Assembly: GCA_951406725.2 (NCBI GenBank) | Contig: OX597830.1 | Span: forward strand, 60,140,001 to 60,204,000 | Length of the DNA stretch: 64,000 nt | Reading direction: 5' to 3' | From: Octopus vulgaris | Taxonomy: Eukaryota | In this document: piece by piece, positions 27,218 through 41,219 of the stretch | How the letters are laid out: every line of letters starts with the position of its first letter | Numbering within the stretch: the first letter of the stretch is position 1 | The notes under the pieces: generated by a model | What the model was told of the DNA's origin: nothing | Database searches by the model: none | Seen by the model: only the letters and a program-made list of their open reading frames with translations | Position numbers and translations under genes: made by a program

Positions 27218-27511
27218 GTTCCTGGTAGGGCCACCCAAGGCGGATTGGTCTGACACCGAGTGGTATTAGGGCCACAACCCGGCAGACGGGGCTCTGGTGA
27301 AAATCCTCGGAGTGTCTGTTTCGACATCCGGCGGCTCCTCGGTCGTTCTGTCCCTGCGTCTGCAGACAATCTGCGGCAAACAGGATGTCTCTACATGCGG
27401 GATTGTTGGGGACCGCTTGTGAAATCCACGTATTCCCACGAAACTTCTTCTAAGGAAGAAGCCGACTCAACCCGCCCAGGGTGAATGTCGCCACAAGTAC
27501 AAGTAAGTAAG
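27218..27511 (+). mobile_element. Retroposon-like non-coding repeat with (AAGT)n tail; paralog at 54680-55097 (-)
   Basis: gggccacccaaggcggattggtctgacacc...gtgaatgtcgccacaagtacaagtaagtaag, with the RC found at 54680-55010. Confidence 0.75.
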
Positions 27512-27613
27512 CTTACTTCTTCGTATAGGGTCGTATGTATTGTCAAGTTTAAGAAATAAATAGATATTATTATATGTATTGTATACGTGTCCCGGGTTTC
27601 ATTACACAAACCG

Positions 27614-27719
<106 letters not shown>

Positions 27720-28273
27720 CTCCACAAGCCGTGTACTTGTTGCATCGTGTAACAAAATACCACAGAAAATGTCAGTTCATGTTTTGTGTTTAAGCCAGTA
27801 ACGTAAGGACGAGACGTAACATAGGTGATGAACACAGTGACATCAATATGATAAAGATATTCCAGCAATTAACCTCAAAACACTGCAGCAGTCTATAGTA
27901 CATATTACCTTACTCAGTAAACTCGCGAGCGCGCGCGCATTTAATTTAAAAATTAACGATTAAGATTTCAGTATAAATGAAAGATGCACTAATCTCGGGT
28001 AGATAAAGTACATGACCTGTACCGGGATTTGAATCTCTTAGGTACTGCATAGCATTACTATCGCATTACCAATTTCACGCGTTTTTCCTATGGATACGTT
28101 TGCTTATAGAATTTTACAGTACCCCACTATATATGAACTAAGGTACCCTCCGACCGATAATTTTATAGTCACTCAAGTCCCAGACGATAAATTTAGGTGC
28201 ATGTGTATACACACAGACGCACACACACATACATACATACATACATACATACATACATACACACACACACACG

Positions 28274-28320
<47 letters not shown>

Positions 28321-28380
28321 GTCATGATAGATCGTTAGCCACTACACACACTTTTTTCTCTCCTTGTTTTTTCTGTGTCC

Positions 28381-28416
28381 CTTTCTGTAGAAGAGCGTAG
28401 GCTCGAAATGTAAAAG
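28381..28416 (+). ncRNA. Minimal hammerhead-like motif, core CUGUAGA, in a ~185-bp unit (~28318-28501)
   Basis: CUUU-CUGUAGA-A-GAGC-GUAG-GCUC-GAAAUGUA-AAAG. Confidence 0.55.
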
Positions 28417-28498
28417 ACTTTTTCTATTCGTGAGCGTTATACTAATACATCTTTTTGTACACCACCTGTCTTCGTCTTTTGTTTTTTTCGTAAACTCT

Positions 28499-28541
<43 letters not shown>

Positions 28542-28758
28542 TGTATGTATATAAAATATATCGCTTTCTAATTCCTTGTACTATCTTCGTTGAATTTGGT
28601 TCAGCAAAGTGGACTTATCTTAGATTCCGTATCCAACACATGATAAAAGCGTAGAGGTTTCTTCTTTTGAACTTGTCACAACGGTAGTCTCAACCGACAC
28701 AAAACACCAAGTATTAATAATACAATGTAGGTCGAAATAAATGTTGTGCCAACTTGTA

Positions 28759-28797
<39 letters not shown>

Positions 28798-29430
28798 TAC
28801 ACACACAAACACACACGCACGCACACACACACACACACACACACAACACACACAGCCTTTACATGCCATATAGTTTTAGTCAGATAGTATCTGCTAAACA
28901 ATGTCGAAAAATAATACATCGAACAAGTGCTCAAAAAACGGCTCGACAGTGAAAACCTTAAGAAGTTCTCATTCTGTGATGATGTCCCATCTGAACCCAG
29001 AAGCACTGGAGTAGCATACCTCAACAATGATTTCGAAGAGAAACACTCTGCATATCACAAAAATGGATGCATCGGTTTGTTTCCCGTAAACTTGAAGATG
29101 ACGATATTAACATAAAGTGTACCCTCTCTTGGTCGCGTTACCATTACATCGCGTTACGTCTCGAACACCCATATCAAATGTATAAAGGAGACAATGAGGT
29201 CCTTAATCTCTGCAGATGCAACTGTAAATGTCGACTATGTCACTCTTCTGTCGAGGATATAACACTTGTAACCGGAACTCTCCCCCAAAATGTCATCGAT
29301 GTACGACTGCCTTCCACTGAGACATGGTGTCGTTGCTAAAGCATTATAAACAGAAAATACGACCCTACCTTCGTTCATTATTTACATTATTTATATTTGA
29401 CGGATATTTGTCCTCATCTTGTTTGTTGTA

Positions 29431-29476
29431 AACACAACCTTTCGGCTGATATACCCTCCAGCCTTCATCAGGTGCC
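29431..29476 (-). ncRNA. Minimal type I hammerhead motif with canonical CUGAUGA core
   Basis: RC: GGCAC-CUGAUGA-A-GGCUG-gaggguauau-CAGCC-GAAAGGUU-GUGUU; next to (TA)n. Confidence 0.65.
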
Positions 29477-29495
29477 TTGGGGAAATAATACATAC

Positions 29496-29576
<81 letters not shown>

Positions 29577-29919
29577 TGTGCTCGCGTATATGTGTATCAT
29601 CGTCGGCTGTTTTCTTCTGACCAAGAATTCCAGTTCCTTCATGACCCAGTGCGTCTACCATAATGAAGCTGACGACTAAGAATGCCTATACTCACATAAA
29701 ACTAGTGGAAACAAAGATGGCGAAGTTGTTGCATCTTGCTTTCTTTAGGATTATTCACCAACTTTTCTTTTACTTGGAGTTCAAAATGGTTGTTCCGTAG
29801 TAATTGAGTGATAAAGAAGCACGAATTGGAGCGGTTCTGCGTTTCAGTTTCCCATGTTTTCGCTTCAATTCCAACCATTCTGAAGGCTGATTTTTATTAG
29901 ATATTTATATATAACTTAG

Positions 29920-32155
29920 TTTCGGATCAAAACATAACAGACCAAAATGTAGCCAGAGACGTACAGCCAAAAGGAAGCATCCAAAATCTCTCCAAACTGA
30001 ACTTCCACAAAGCGGACTGGAAATCGATCCGAAAGTGATCCTAAGATGGGACTGGCCAAAATGTCTCTCCACACCAGACATTGGCATGAAACTAGAATAT
30101 TTTATGTCTATTATGCAAACTATATGCCAGAAATACGTCCCAGAGCACAAGGCCAATACAAAAAGGGATTCCAAGATTCCAAGGGAGAGGAAGATCTTCA
30201 TGAGACGACGGATGAAGGTTGCAAATCGCTTCAATCACCATCCCAAAAGTAGTGAAAGGTCCCGCCTAAAAACAACGCAGATGGAGATTGAAAAAAGTCT
30301 GCGACAATCCTATGTGAGGTAGAGAGCAGACAAAGAAGCCTGGCCTGAAGTTAAACCCAAAGGCCTTTCATTATGCCAAATAAACAGCTTTAGTACGCTG
30401 TAAAATAGGACCCCTCTTCCAGAAGGATGGCTCCTTCACAGATAACCCAACCAGGATCAGTGAGGCTCAAAAGTGTCTTTACCACCCCGATGGAATACAG
30501 ACAAGTGAACGACCCATTGGATTTCTTTGGCGCCTATAACCAGTGAGGCAGTTACGATGGATTACATCGTCATTGGTGAGGAAGATATAATACTAACCAC
30601 GGACGCAAACTCAATATCTGGTGCTGATGGTTTCCCAGCAACCTTCCTCAAATCGTTAAACGTGCCCTGGCAAAACCACTACAGATTCTCTGCCAGAGTT
30701 TTCTTGCAAATGGCAAGCTGCCAAACAAATTGAAGGAGGGAATAATATGCCTAATCCATAAAGCAGGAAGCTGAGCAGTTGCCAAAAATTATTGGCCTAT
30801 CTTTCTGACTTCACCCCCCCGCAAAATCATGGAACGAATAGTCAGAGGAAATTAATCGCATTCCTCGAAGAAAAGGACTTACTGAGTGATACCCAGCATG
30901 AATTTTGACCAGGTAGAAGTTGCCTAACCCAGCTCCTACAGCACTACGATGGGTGTTGAAGCAGTTACTCAACAACTCAAATGTGGACATAAAATACCTT
31001 GATCTTGCAAAAGATTTTGATAAAGTTGATCGTAGTATGATATATCACAAACTGCGTGATCTTGGCATAGCTGTAAATATTGAGTGGTTACAAGACTTTC
31101 TGAAAGATAGAATCAGACAGTGGTGACCAATGGCGCCACCTCAAAGAAAACACAAATAGTGAGTGGTGTTCCACAGGGCACTGTCTTGGGACCACTGCTT
31201 TGCATAGTGGCCGTCTCAGATATACCCTCAGCTGCCCAGATAGCCATCCTTGTTAGCAACGCAGACGATACGAAAATATTACAGAAAATACAAAACGCTA
31301 GCGATGTTGCACGCCTGCACCAGAAGTTGGACGCAATTTACAGATGGACTGAAGACAATAAAATGCAGTTTAATACTGGAAAATTCAAAGCCCTGCGCTA
31401 CCAGCGCCCAAAACTGAACGAAAAACTTTACAGGGTAGACTGGCCAAGAAAATGGAAGATTACAATCCCAGAACCTAAATCATAGTGATGATACCTCTTT
31501 CCAAGAGCACATTACCAGGTTGGCGAGAAGGTGCAGACGGCTAGCTGGCTGGATCCTGAGAACCTTCAGAACAAGAGAGATGGAAACCGTGATGGTTCTC
31601 TATAGGACATTCGTCTTCAGCCTCCTTTACTGCAACTCCCAACTAATTTTACCCCCCCCCCCCAGTGTAAAATTAACAGCGGACCTCGAAGCAATCTAGC
31701 GAAGCTTCACAAAGAAGATCGTCCCATTACAACAGCTCTGCTACTGGGAATTCTGAAACAGCTAAGACTCTACTTCCTGGAGCGAAGGCGGGAGTGATAT
31801 GCAGTAATTTACATCTGGAAGAAGAAATTGTGCCAAATATACAGTGCCAAAGATCCCAACAATGCCGTCGCGCTTCAGGACCAGTTATTGTAACAGCCTG
31901 GGCTTCAAGGGCCCACAGCTTTTTAATATTCTCTTAAAGACCCTGAGGGACCCACACAAAGTAGATGTAGATGTTTTCAAAACAAAACTCTATCTCATCC
32001 TGTTCTAGATGAACTTACCTCGTGGCAGGAGGCACAAATGAGGGCGGTGACATCAATTTCCTATATTCCCCAAATGCTACATATCACAGGAGGCTTTCAA
32101 TAATAACAGTGTAGCAAAACGGTGGGGCCCCAGCATGGCCACAGTTCCGAGCTGA
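29920..32155 (+). mobile_element. Degenerate CR1-group LINE, same family as 1-2546
   Basis: fragmented ORFs align with the 815-aa protein: [53 protein letters not shown]; multiple stops and frameshifts; ends at (TA)n. Confidence 0.9.
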
Positions 32156-32160
32156 AACTG

Positions 32161-32371
<211 letters not shown>

Positions 32372-32513
32372 TATATATATATCATATATATCATTGTGTT
32401 CTCCAGACACGTAACATACCGAATTTCATATATGATGCAACTGTATATGATATGTATACAAGATGTGTGTGTGTCTAAACTGTTTAATTGGTTACAGAGG
32501 GGAACACTAGGCA

Positions 32514-32837
32514 ATGATAAGTAAAACTGTAATGTTATTAGCAGTTCGAATATACTTGAGGCACGTTCGAACCGTTAACCAAGCTACTCACTGCGTTTTG
32601 TCAAGGAAAATATATCCCGTTCGTTTACAAATGGAGTGTATACACCTAGATGAGCTCGCAGCACCCACTAACCGTGAGATGCAAGCATTTCGGAGTAGTT
32701 ATCTCCTCTTCGGTCACGGACACCATCAGCAAATAGGATATATTTTCCATGACAAAATGCAGTGGGTGGCTTGTTCTCCGGTTCGAACGTGCCTCAAGCA
32801 TATTCGGACTAATAATAACATTACAATTTTATTCATG
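32514..32837. mobile_element. MITE-like element with ~105-bp imperfect inverted repeats
   Basis: aaaactgtaatgttatta...cttgaggcacgttcgaacc...cactgcgttttgtca.ggaaaatatatcc mirrored at 32736-32837. Confidence 0.75.
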
Positions 32838-32964
32838 ACTGCTTAGCACTCACCCCCCCACTCTGTAATTTACTTATGCTGAGCCGCCGCACAGCGCTAC
32901 CAGTCGTCGTTTGGCAACGGGAAAAGCATAAGAGTCATTCTCTTCAGTCAGCTCGTAGCGCCTC

Positions 32965-33175
32965 CTGCCGGATCTCCATGACCGAAGCGGAGAAAACTAC
33001 TCCGAAGTGCTTGCATCTCACAGCCTGGGTAGGTGTCGCTGCGAGCTGATCTAGGTGTATACACAGAACGAGATATATTTTCCGTGACAAAACGCAGTGA
33101 GCCGCCTGTTTAACGGTCCGAACGAGTCTCAAGTAGATTCGGACTGATTCGGACATTGCAATGTTTAATTGGTAT
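32965..33175 (-). mobile_element. Second, inverted, partial copy of the 32514 element
   Basis: RC translation VRIYLRLVRTVKQAAHCVLSRKIY matches [24 protein letters not shown] of the 32514 copy. Confidence 0.75.
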
Positions 33176-33648
33176 TTAAACAATGTGAATCACGAGACCA
33201 GGTCTTTTATTTCTCCCTAGAGGTTACAGTTATAATTTAATGGGCTCCAGAATCTCACTGACACTCCATTTAATCCACCCCCCATTGCGGGATTTGGACC
33301 TAAAGTGTAAGTAAAACATAACCCTCAATGAAATATATCAATGGTTTGAAGATACGTCAGTGTGAGTGTGTGTGTGTGTGGGGGTGTATGCTTGCGTCTG
33401 TGTGTGGCTGTGGGTGTGCGCGTGCGTGTGTATCTGTGTTGTTGTATGTGTGCGTGTGATTTACCTTAGACACACATACAGACCGAGAAAAGAGTCTTTA
33501 TCACCACCAATGCTCCTCTCCGATATTACCGTCTTTACCTTCATAATTACCATAAGCAGTTTCACACACACACACACACACACACATACACACGCACACT
33601 ACACCACACCACACCCAGCCACACCGCACACACACACACACACATACA

Positions 33649-33741
<93 letters not shown>

Positions 33742-34261
33742 TTTCTTTTTCCTGCGATCCCACATAAAACATTTTTTAAAAAGCAAAAAACACACAATTG
33801 CAAGTGTGAAAAACCTGCTGTCATAAACCAATACGCTTCTCTGATTGGATGATTACTGCTCTGGATTACGCTCAAATTACGAACATGTTTGACAGGAAGT
33901 AGTAATTTCACAACAAGGAATGTCTGCTATAACAGGAAGTTATGCGTTTGTGCTACGTTGCAAAGAGCGAACACATCTGAAGACCTATAATCAAACTGCA
34001 ACCCTCCGTTTCAGCAACACTGAATGTAGGAAAAGATTATTTATTCAATATATTTCTCTTTTTTTTTTCTTTTGTTTATGACTGCAAGATATGATTTAAA
34101 GGTAATTTAGCTACTATTTCTTGCATATTAAGCAATTATACAGTTCCCTCCTGGTTTATATTTCATTGCTGTTGTTTTCAATGCAGTGTTTGGTCATCCG
34201 GCTGCTGATTGACCAGTGACATTCCAACCGTGGCCATCACATCTTTTTAGGATTTTCTTAC

Positions 34262-34452
34262 TCAGTATTTCTCAACAGAGGTCCATATGGCCGTTGGTGA
34301 TTCATATAAGATTTTGTTAAAACTTATGCGCAATAAACTGGTTATAATTAATTCTACAATACACAAGATAAGAGCTTTTAACACAATTCCTGCAGGTAAA
34401 ATATCATAAATATCAAAGGGATCCAAAGGCAAAAGATTGTTGAGAACCATTG
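34262..34452. mobile_element. hAT-like MITE (short)
   Basis: termini cagtatttctcaac / gttgagaaccattg. Confidence 0.6.
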
Positions 34453-34474
34453 TTTAAATCTAAATTATCTAATG

Positions 34475-34742
34475 CAATGGTTCTCAAGAGGGGTCCGTAT
34501 GGTCCTTGGGGGTCCGAATGATCCTTGGGGGTCCACATAAGATGTCATTGTTAAAATTTATGTACAATAAACTGCTTATACATCTACAATATATAAAATA
34601 TTTAACAAATATTTTATACATCTAATAATATTTAATTCTAAAAGTAGAACAGGATTCTGAAACATCAAATGACTGTGAGGGTCCACCCACGTGAAATAGA
34701 AAGCAAAGGGGTCCACAGCCAAAAACTGGTTGAGAATCACTA
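34475..34742. mobile_element. hAT-like MITE with perfect 8-bp TSD
   Basis: termini caatggttctcaa / ttgagaatcacta; TSD atctaatg at 34467-34474 and 34743-34750. Confidence 0.85.
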
Positions 34743-35299
34743 ATCTAATGTATCATTTCTTGAGGGTGACTTGCCTACTATGGAGAGGTCATATAGGCGC
34801 TTCTTGATTGGTATGTTGTCGCTGTTATTGTTGTTGTTGTTGTTCATGTTGTAGTTACCTTATTACTTGTGTTATTTTCCCGTTACTACAGGGTCCCTAC
34901 TTATTGTCGTCGCTTTTGTTACTGTGCTCCTCCCTCATTATTCATTGTTAAACCACCTTCTATTTTCTACCGACATCAACGTTATCACCGGTTCAATACT
35001 ACTCTTTCCAGTAAACCAATTCTCCAGGAAAAATTCTTTCTGATGGTAGCAATTAAACTAGAAGTAGTGTTGCTGATAGAGTTCGTGGTAATGTTAGTGC
35101 TAGAGATAGTGTTAATGTTGTTGTTGTTGTTAGTAGTAGTTGTAGTAGTAGTGACCACAAAATCATATGATCATGTGACCGAACAGGTTATCAGATGTTG
35201 TTATACATCGCTGGTCACAATGCACTGTTGCATTTTTTTAGCCTTCAAATGACGCCACCCCGCTGGCTTGCCGAACAGGCGAGCAATCCTACCTGATCG

Positions 35300-35434
35300 A
35301 AGGGGAACTGGAGCAATGTAAAATGAAGTGAAGTGTCTTGCTCAAGAACACAACACACTGCCCAGTCAGGGAATCGATCGTACGATCTAGCGATCGCAAG
35401 TGAAACGGCCTAACCACTAGGCCACGCGCCTTCA
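35300..35434 (-). mobile_element. SINE family C, 5' part
   Basis: RC gaaggcgcgtggcctagtggttagg...tcgattccctgac...ttcttgagcaagacacttc. Confidence 0.75.
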
Positions 35435-35435
35435 C

Positions 35436-35493
<58 letters not shown>

Positions 35494-35812
35494 TAGTAGT
35501 AGTAGTTGAAGTAGTGGTAGTAGTAGTAAGAGTTGTTGTTGTTATAGTAAAAGTACTAGCGTTGGTTTTAGTGGTAATCTTAGTGTTTTTTTGTAGAAGT
35601 AGTGTTAGTTATGGTTGTAGTGGTAGTAGTGTTGATTGATGTAGTTGACTCTGATGGTGGGGGAGGGAAAAAATGCACGTAATTTTGGCAGGAGCATACT
35701 GGAAGCTGTAAGAGTAGAATGGGTATTAGTAATATAGGCGGTCGCGGGTAACGACAGATAAAGGCACAAAATGGTATTGGTGATTGTGGGGGGTTCCAGT
35801 TTTGGCGGTGGA

Positions 35813-36037
35813 ATATTTATTTCTTTGTTGTCCACAGAGGACTGAACACAGAGGGGACAAACAAGGACAGACAAAGGGATTAAGTCGATTACATCGACCC
35901 CAGTGCGTAACTTTTTTAATCGACCCCGAAAGGATGAAAGGCAAAGACGACCTCGGCGGAATTTGAACTCAGAACGTAACGGTAGACGAAATACCGCATG
36001 GCATTTCGCCCGGCGTGCTAACGATTCTGCCAGCTCG
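35813..36037 (-). mobile_element. SINE family A
   Basis: RC of the family A consensus seen at 23156 and 57464. Confidence 0.9.
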
Positions 36038-36282
36038 ATTGATGGCATCGTTTGATGGTAATGGCATTGAAGGTAGGCTAAGAAGGCGCTTACAAAAGTG
36101 GTGGTGATGGTGGTGGTGGTGGTGGTGGTGGTGGTGGTGGTGGTAGCAGTGGTGTTGGTGATGGTTGAGGTTGGCGGTATTTGTAGTGACAGCGGCGGTG
36201 GTGGAGGTATTGTAGATGATGATGATGATGATGATAATGACGACGCCGGCGACGATGACGACGGATGATGGTGGTGATGATA

Positions 36283-36322
<40 letters not shown>

Positions 36323-36954
36323 CGATGATGATGATGATTTAGATTGTAGGTGATGGGTAATGGTTCCGTCAGAGAAAGAGGTTTTGATGTGGATGGTGAT
36401 ACAGATAGATTGGATTACATAGAGGGTCGGTATGAGGTGATAACGTATACTGTTGTGAAATACCACCCAGGTTGTGTTTTGTCAATAGAATGAAGGTAAT
36501 CTGTATGTAGGTCTGCTCGCTAAACCCCTCCCTCTTCTTCCCAGCCATCCCCTTCCGTCCCCAATGACCCTTTAACCAACACTAAATACTAATCAAAAGA
36601 ACGCCTGGACTATTTTTCTTCGCTGTTAAAGTTATTAACCCTGTCTTTTAGATGCTAATGGGTGTACACACACACACACACACATACACACACACATGCA
36701 TACACATACACACACACGCACACACGCTCATCATATGTATAAGAATGTATGTATATCTGTATATATACTTACATACATACATGCATACATACATACATAC
36801 ATACATACATACATACATGCATGTATGATGTGTGTATGCGTATGTATTTTGACGAAGTTAGAAATTAGAAGGTACGCACAATTATATATACATGTACATA
36901 CATGCCTACATACATACATACATACATACATACATACATACATACATACATACA

Positions 36955-37086
<132 letters not shown>

Positions 37087-37558
37087 CGCATATCTAATAT
37101 ATAAGCGAAAACCCTTCCCATATGATATATTTACACACATAATATAGAAACATGTACATAAACACACATTATACATACAAAGACGGATACATATATTTAC
37201 ACTTTATTTGTACGTATATATGCGTATGTCTCTGCGTAAGTGTGTGTATATATATATACATATATATATATGCGTATGCGTACGTATGCATAAGGATCAA
37301 CACACCTATATCAGGAACGCACCCAGTTACTTCCTTCTCTAAATCCAGTTATTGCAAACTGCGTAAGAAAGAAAACAAAGAAAGATCAAACGGAAGAAAT
37401 TTCATAAAGAAAAATGGCTGCCTTCCATCTTCTCCTCTCTTCAGTTCGTGTGAATGAACTAAGAAACTGATAAGAATAGTTTATCCGGCCTCCACCTTGG
37501 CGTTCGTGTAATGGTGTCGGCGACACGGGAGTCAAGTGCAGCCTGTGAAAACTTGTTA

Positions 37559-37573
37559 CACAAGAGGGCGCTA
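37559..37573 (+). promoter_or_regulatory. CTCF-like motif inside a non-repetitive island
   Basis: cacaagagggcgcta resembles the CTCF core CCACCAGGGGGCGCTA; motif only. Confidence 0.3.
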
Positions 37574-38198
37574 TTCTTTTTTCAATGAGAAACTAATGTA
37601 ATTATAGTAATGTCTGTAGTGTAATGGCTGAAAAGATTTAGTTTTTTAACTAATCCCCAATCTATTTGTGCTGCTCATGAAATTAATGCTGACTAATGCT
37701 ACCAGCAATTAGCTTTATATTTTTGCGTAACTGACATCGGTATTTTAATTGGTAAGTACTAGAGTCTGTGTACTTCTGTGTTTTTTTTTCTCCCTGAAAA
37801 TGTGACTCGCCGAACAAAATGCTTCTTTCCACTCTTTATGCTCTGCGTTCAAATTTCGCCCCGAGGTGAGGTCTGTCTTTCATCCTTTCGGGCTCGATAG
37901 AATAAGTACGAATTTCATACCGAGGTAGACGGCATCGAGTAATAACGAAGTGGAAGAGGAAAATAACATTGACAAGATCAACAACAAAACGTTGAGTTGT
38001 TTCAATGAAATGCCAACCGAAACCACTGCTGACGCCATTAAAAACGATGAAGAGAACAACGGTAGAAACAACAACAAGAATACAGAAAAAGCAAAATCAA
38101 CAACAACAACAATTAGGAAAACAATAATAACGCCAATAAATGTAGTTCATCATTTGTAAGTGTTCTCAGCATCTAGACTGAACACTGGGATGAGTTCC

Positions 38199-38680
<482 letters not shown>

Positions 38681-38693
38681 TATACCTTTAGAT

Positions 38694-39023
38694 CAGTGGT
38701 TCTCAAACAATTTTTGCCTTGGACCCACGTTGATTCCTATTTTGCTCTCTTGGACCACCCTGGCCATTCAATGTGTGTAAGAAAAGTCCTACCGTGATTC
38801 TATGATTAAATATTATTAAAAATTGAAGTATTTTGTGTATTGTAGAAGTATAAACAATTTAGAAAATTACTATTTTTAAATCTCCCAACGAGAGATATTC
38901 AGCAACAAGACTGCCATGTTATATTAGCAAACAATCTTTATAAACAATCTATTGCTTATAAATTAACAATAACATCTTATATGGACCTCCAAGGGCCATA
39001 TGGACCCTGGCTAAGACCCACTG
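38694..39023. mobile_element. hAT-like MITE with 8-bp TSD (7/8 match)
   Basis: termini cagtggttctca / taagacccactg; ctttagat before and atttagat after. Confidence 0.8.
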
Positions 39024-39799
39024 ATTTAGATGAAGAATTCTGTAATAGCAACTCCAGAGAAGGATCTGAAATGCTCACTGAGAAACAGTCATCTATATGT
39101 GCTTATGTTATTTCCAAACGAAAACGAAGGGCGAAAAACCCTTCACTTGCGCAAACAAAAATATGCCTGAGAAGTGAGCAGGGTGCCATTTCGTATCTCA
39201 GAAGAAAAGGAAAAACGTGAATCAGTGGGAGTTTTGTTCTAAAGTGAAGAAGAAGTAAAATAGAACTCTTTCTAACCCAATGTCTCTTGGAGGAGTTTAA
39301 CTTAATTCTTACCTAAATAGGTTATCGATTCACAGAGATGACGACTTAAGTGTGCCATAAAATGTAAATCAGTAGATATGAATGGCGATTATTGAACAAA
39401 ATCGAACGATTTTCCTTCTATGAGAAATGCCAGGAAACCTGAATGGAGATTCAAGTGGTGGTTGTACACGAAATTTTATTAAAATTCCCAGACCAGTTAC
39501 ACATTGAATGCATACAAACATGATGAGAATAATAGAGAGTAGAAAGCCATGGTACTTCAATTGTGGTGAACCTCACCATCTGAAGTCTTTTTGTCATTTT
39601 GTAAAGCAGCAGCTACAAAAGAAAACGTCCACAACTACTTCTATATAAAAAAAAACAACACAACTGCAACAATACCAACAAAACTAAGTTTAACAACATA
39701 AACTACGTCAACAAAAAGTATAACAAAACAATAGTACTAGTAAAAACAGACTACTAAATAAACGATTGCCCTTGAAACTCTTACAAACACACCCGAGGA

Positions 39800-41205
39800 A
39801 TGCTCCCTCTCTTTAATGATAAAGAACATGAAACACGAGCGACGTAGCTGAATGAGAAAGTTTTCCTTTGATCAGGTCTAAAAGGAGAATGATCAGAAAA
39901 TCCGAAAGGTTGAAGGCCGGGAGTTGCAGACGAGAAAGGTGTAACAGTGACGGATGTGAAAGATGGCGATAAACAGGCACACTACAAACATAAACAGCAA
40001 AAATAACAGCGAAAACAACTACAAAAGTAGTATCAACAACAACAATAACAAACCCTCTTAAACTTCATCGGTTCTCACAAGAACAACAAAGAGTTGATTC
40101 AATTCATGAATTACAAATTGCCATTAATAATAAAAGAGAAAAGAGACAGATGAGGAGGGAATGGAAACTCTACTCTTAAAATCTGCGAAGGACAGACTAT
40201 TGGTAATGATAAAACCAGGAATATATGGAACGAGGAGAAAGGAATTCTTAATGGACGGTGGGTAATTTTAAAATACCCCAAACCCAAAAGTAAAGTAAGG
40301 GATGTTCACCATCTTTAATTAAAGGAATGTTGAGAGAAAATTGTTAATTGGAAGGATGGCTACTGGCTGAATTGTTAACACATCTACGCTTAGGTGTACG
40401 AGCCATTTGCAAAGCCCGGATGTCTGAGCCGCTTCCACCCACGCTTATGATTGAGTACAATGCTTACATTTTGCATGGTCAAAAAGTTTGAATGGAGTGG
40501 TAGTGTTCTTTTAGAACATAGATTTAAATCTGGAAATAGAGACGATCTTTCTGGACCTTGATAGTTGGTCAACAGTACTAAACGTAAGAAGTAGGTCAAA
40601 GCCTTCTCACAGGAAATCAGCAGAAGCATGTAATAAGCCCCCTCCCCCCCCCAAAAAAAAACATGAAGCAATTGCAGAATATGCAAAGGTTGGGCAGAAA
40701 CAATCATTCACGTTCTCTTTGGCTGCGCAATCTTAGCCAAGAAAAAATACATTTCCAAGTATGGCAGAGGTAGAGTTTTCATATATGGAAAGTTAAGTTA
40801 TCGTTAAGAAACATCAAAAGTGGAAGGATAGTGAAACGGAATATTAGAAAAGGTCTCAGCGGAAGTGATTGTTCTTTTGGATATGCTAGTTCAATGACAG
40901 GGAGATCAAGGTTAATTAACTGGATAGTCTGGTGAAAATCCACCAAAAACGTATCCCCTCATTAAAATATCAGTAATAACAGATGGCAATATAGTTTTTG
41001 AAGAAATAGAGAAATTATTAAAAATTACAGATCGAGAAATAGAAATAACCAGTATATGGACCCTGAAAAAAGAAACAGCCCCAATAATATAGATACCTTA
41101 CGGATGATTAAAATATGCAAATATATAATCAAGACATAAGGACTTAGAAGCATGCACAACATTGACAAGGATATATTCTGGTACCACTTGAGACCTTTCC
41201 GCTTT
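39800..41205 (+). mobile_element. Heavily degenerate R4/Dong-like retroelement remnants
   Basis: ~40673-40755 translates CRICKGWAETIIHVLFGCAILAKKKYI (CCHC finger); RLE-like remnants downstream (LDMLVQ..REIKVN, EEIEKLLK); left boundary uncertain. Confidence 0.65.
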
Positions 41206-41219
41206 AAGATAGATATTAA

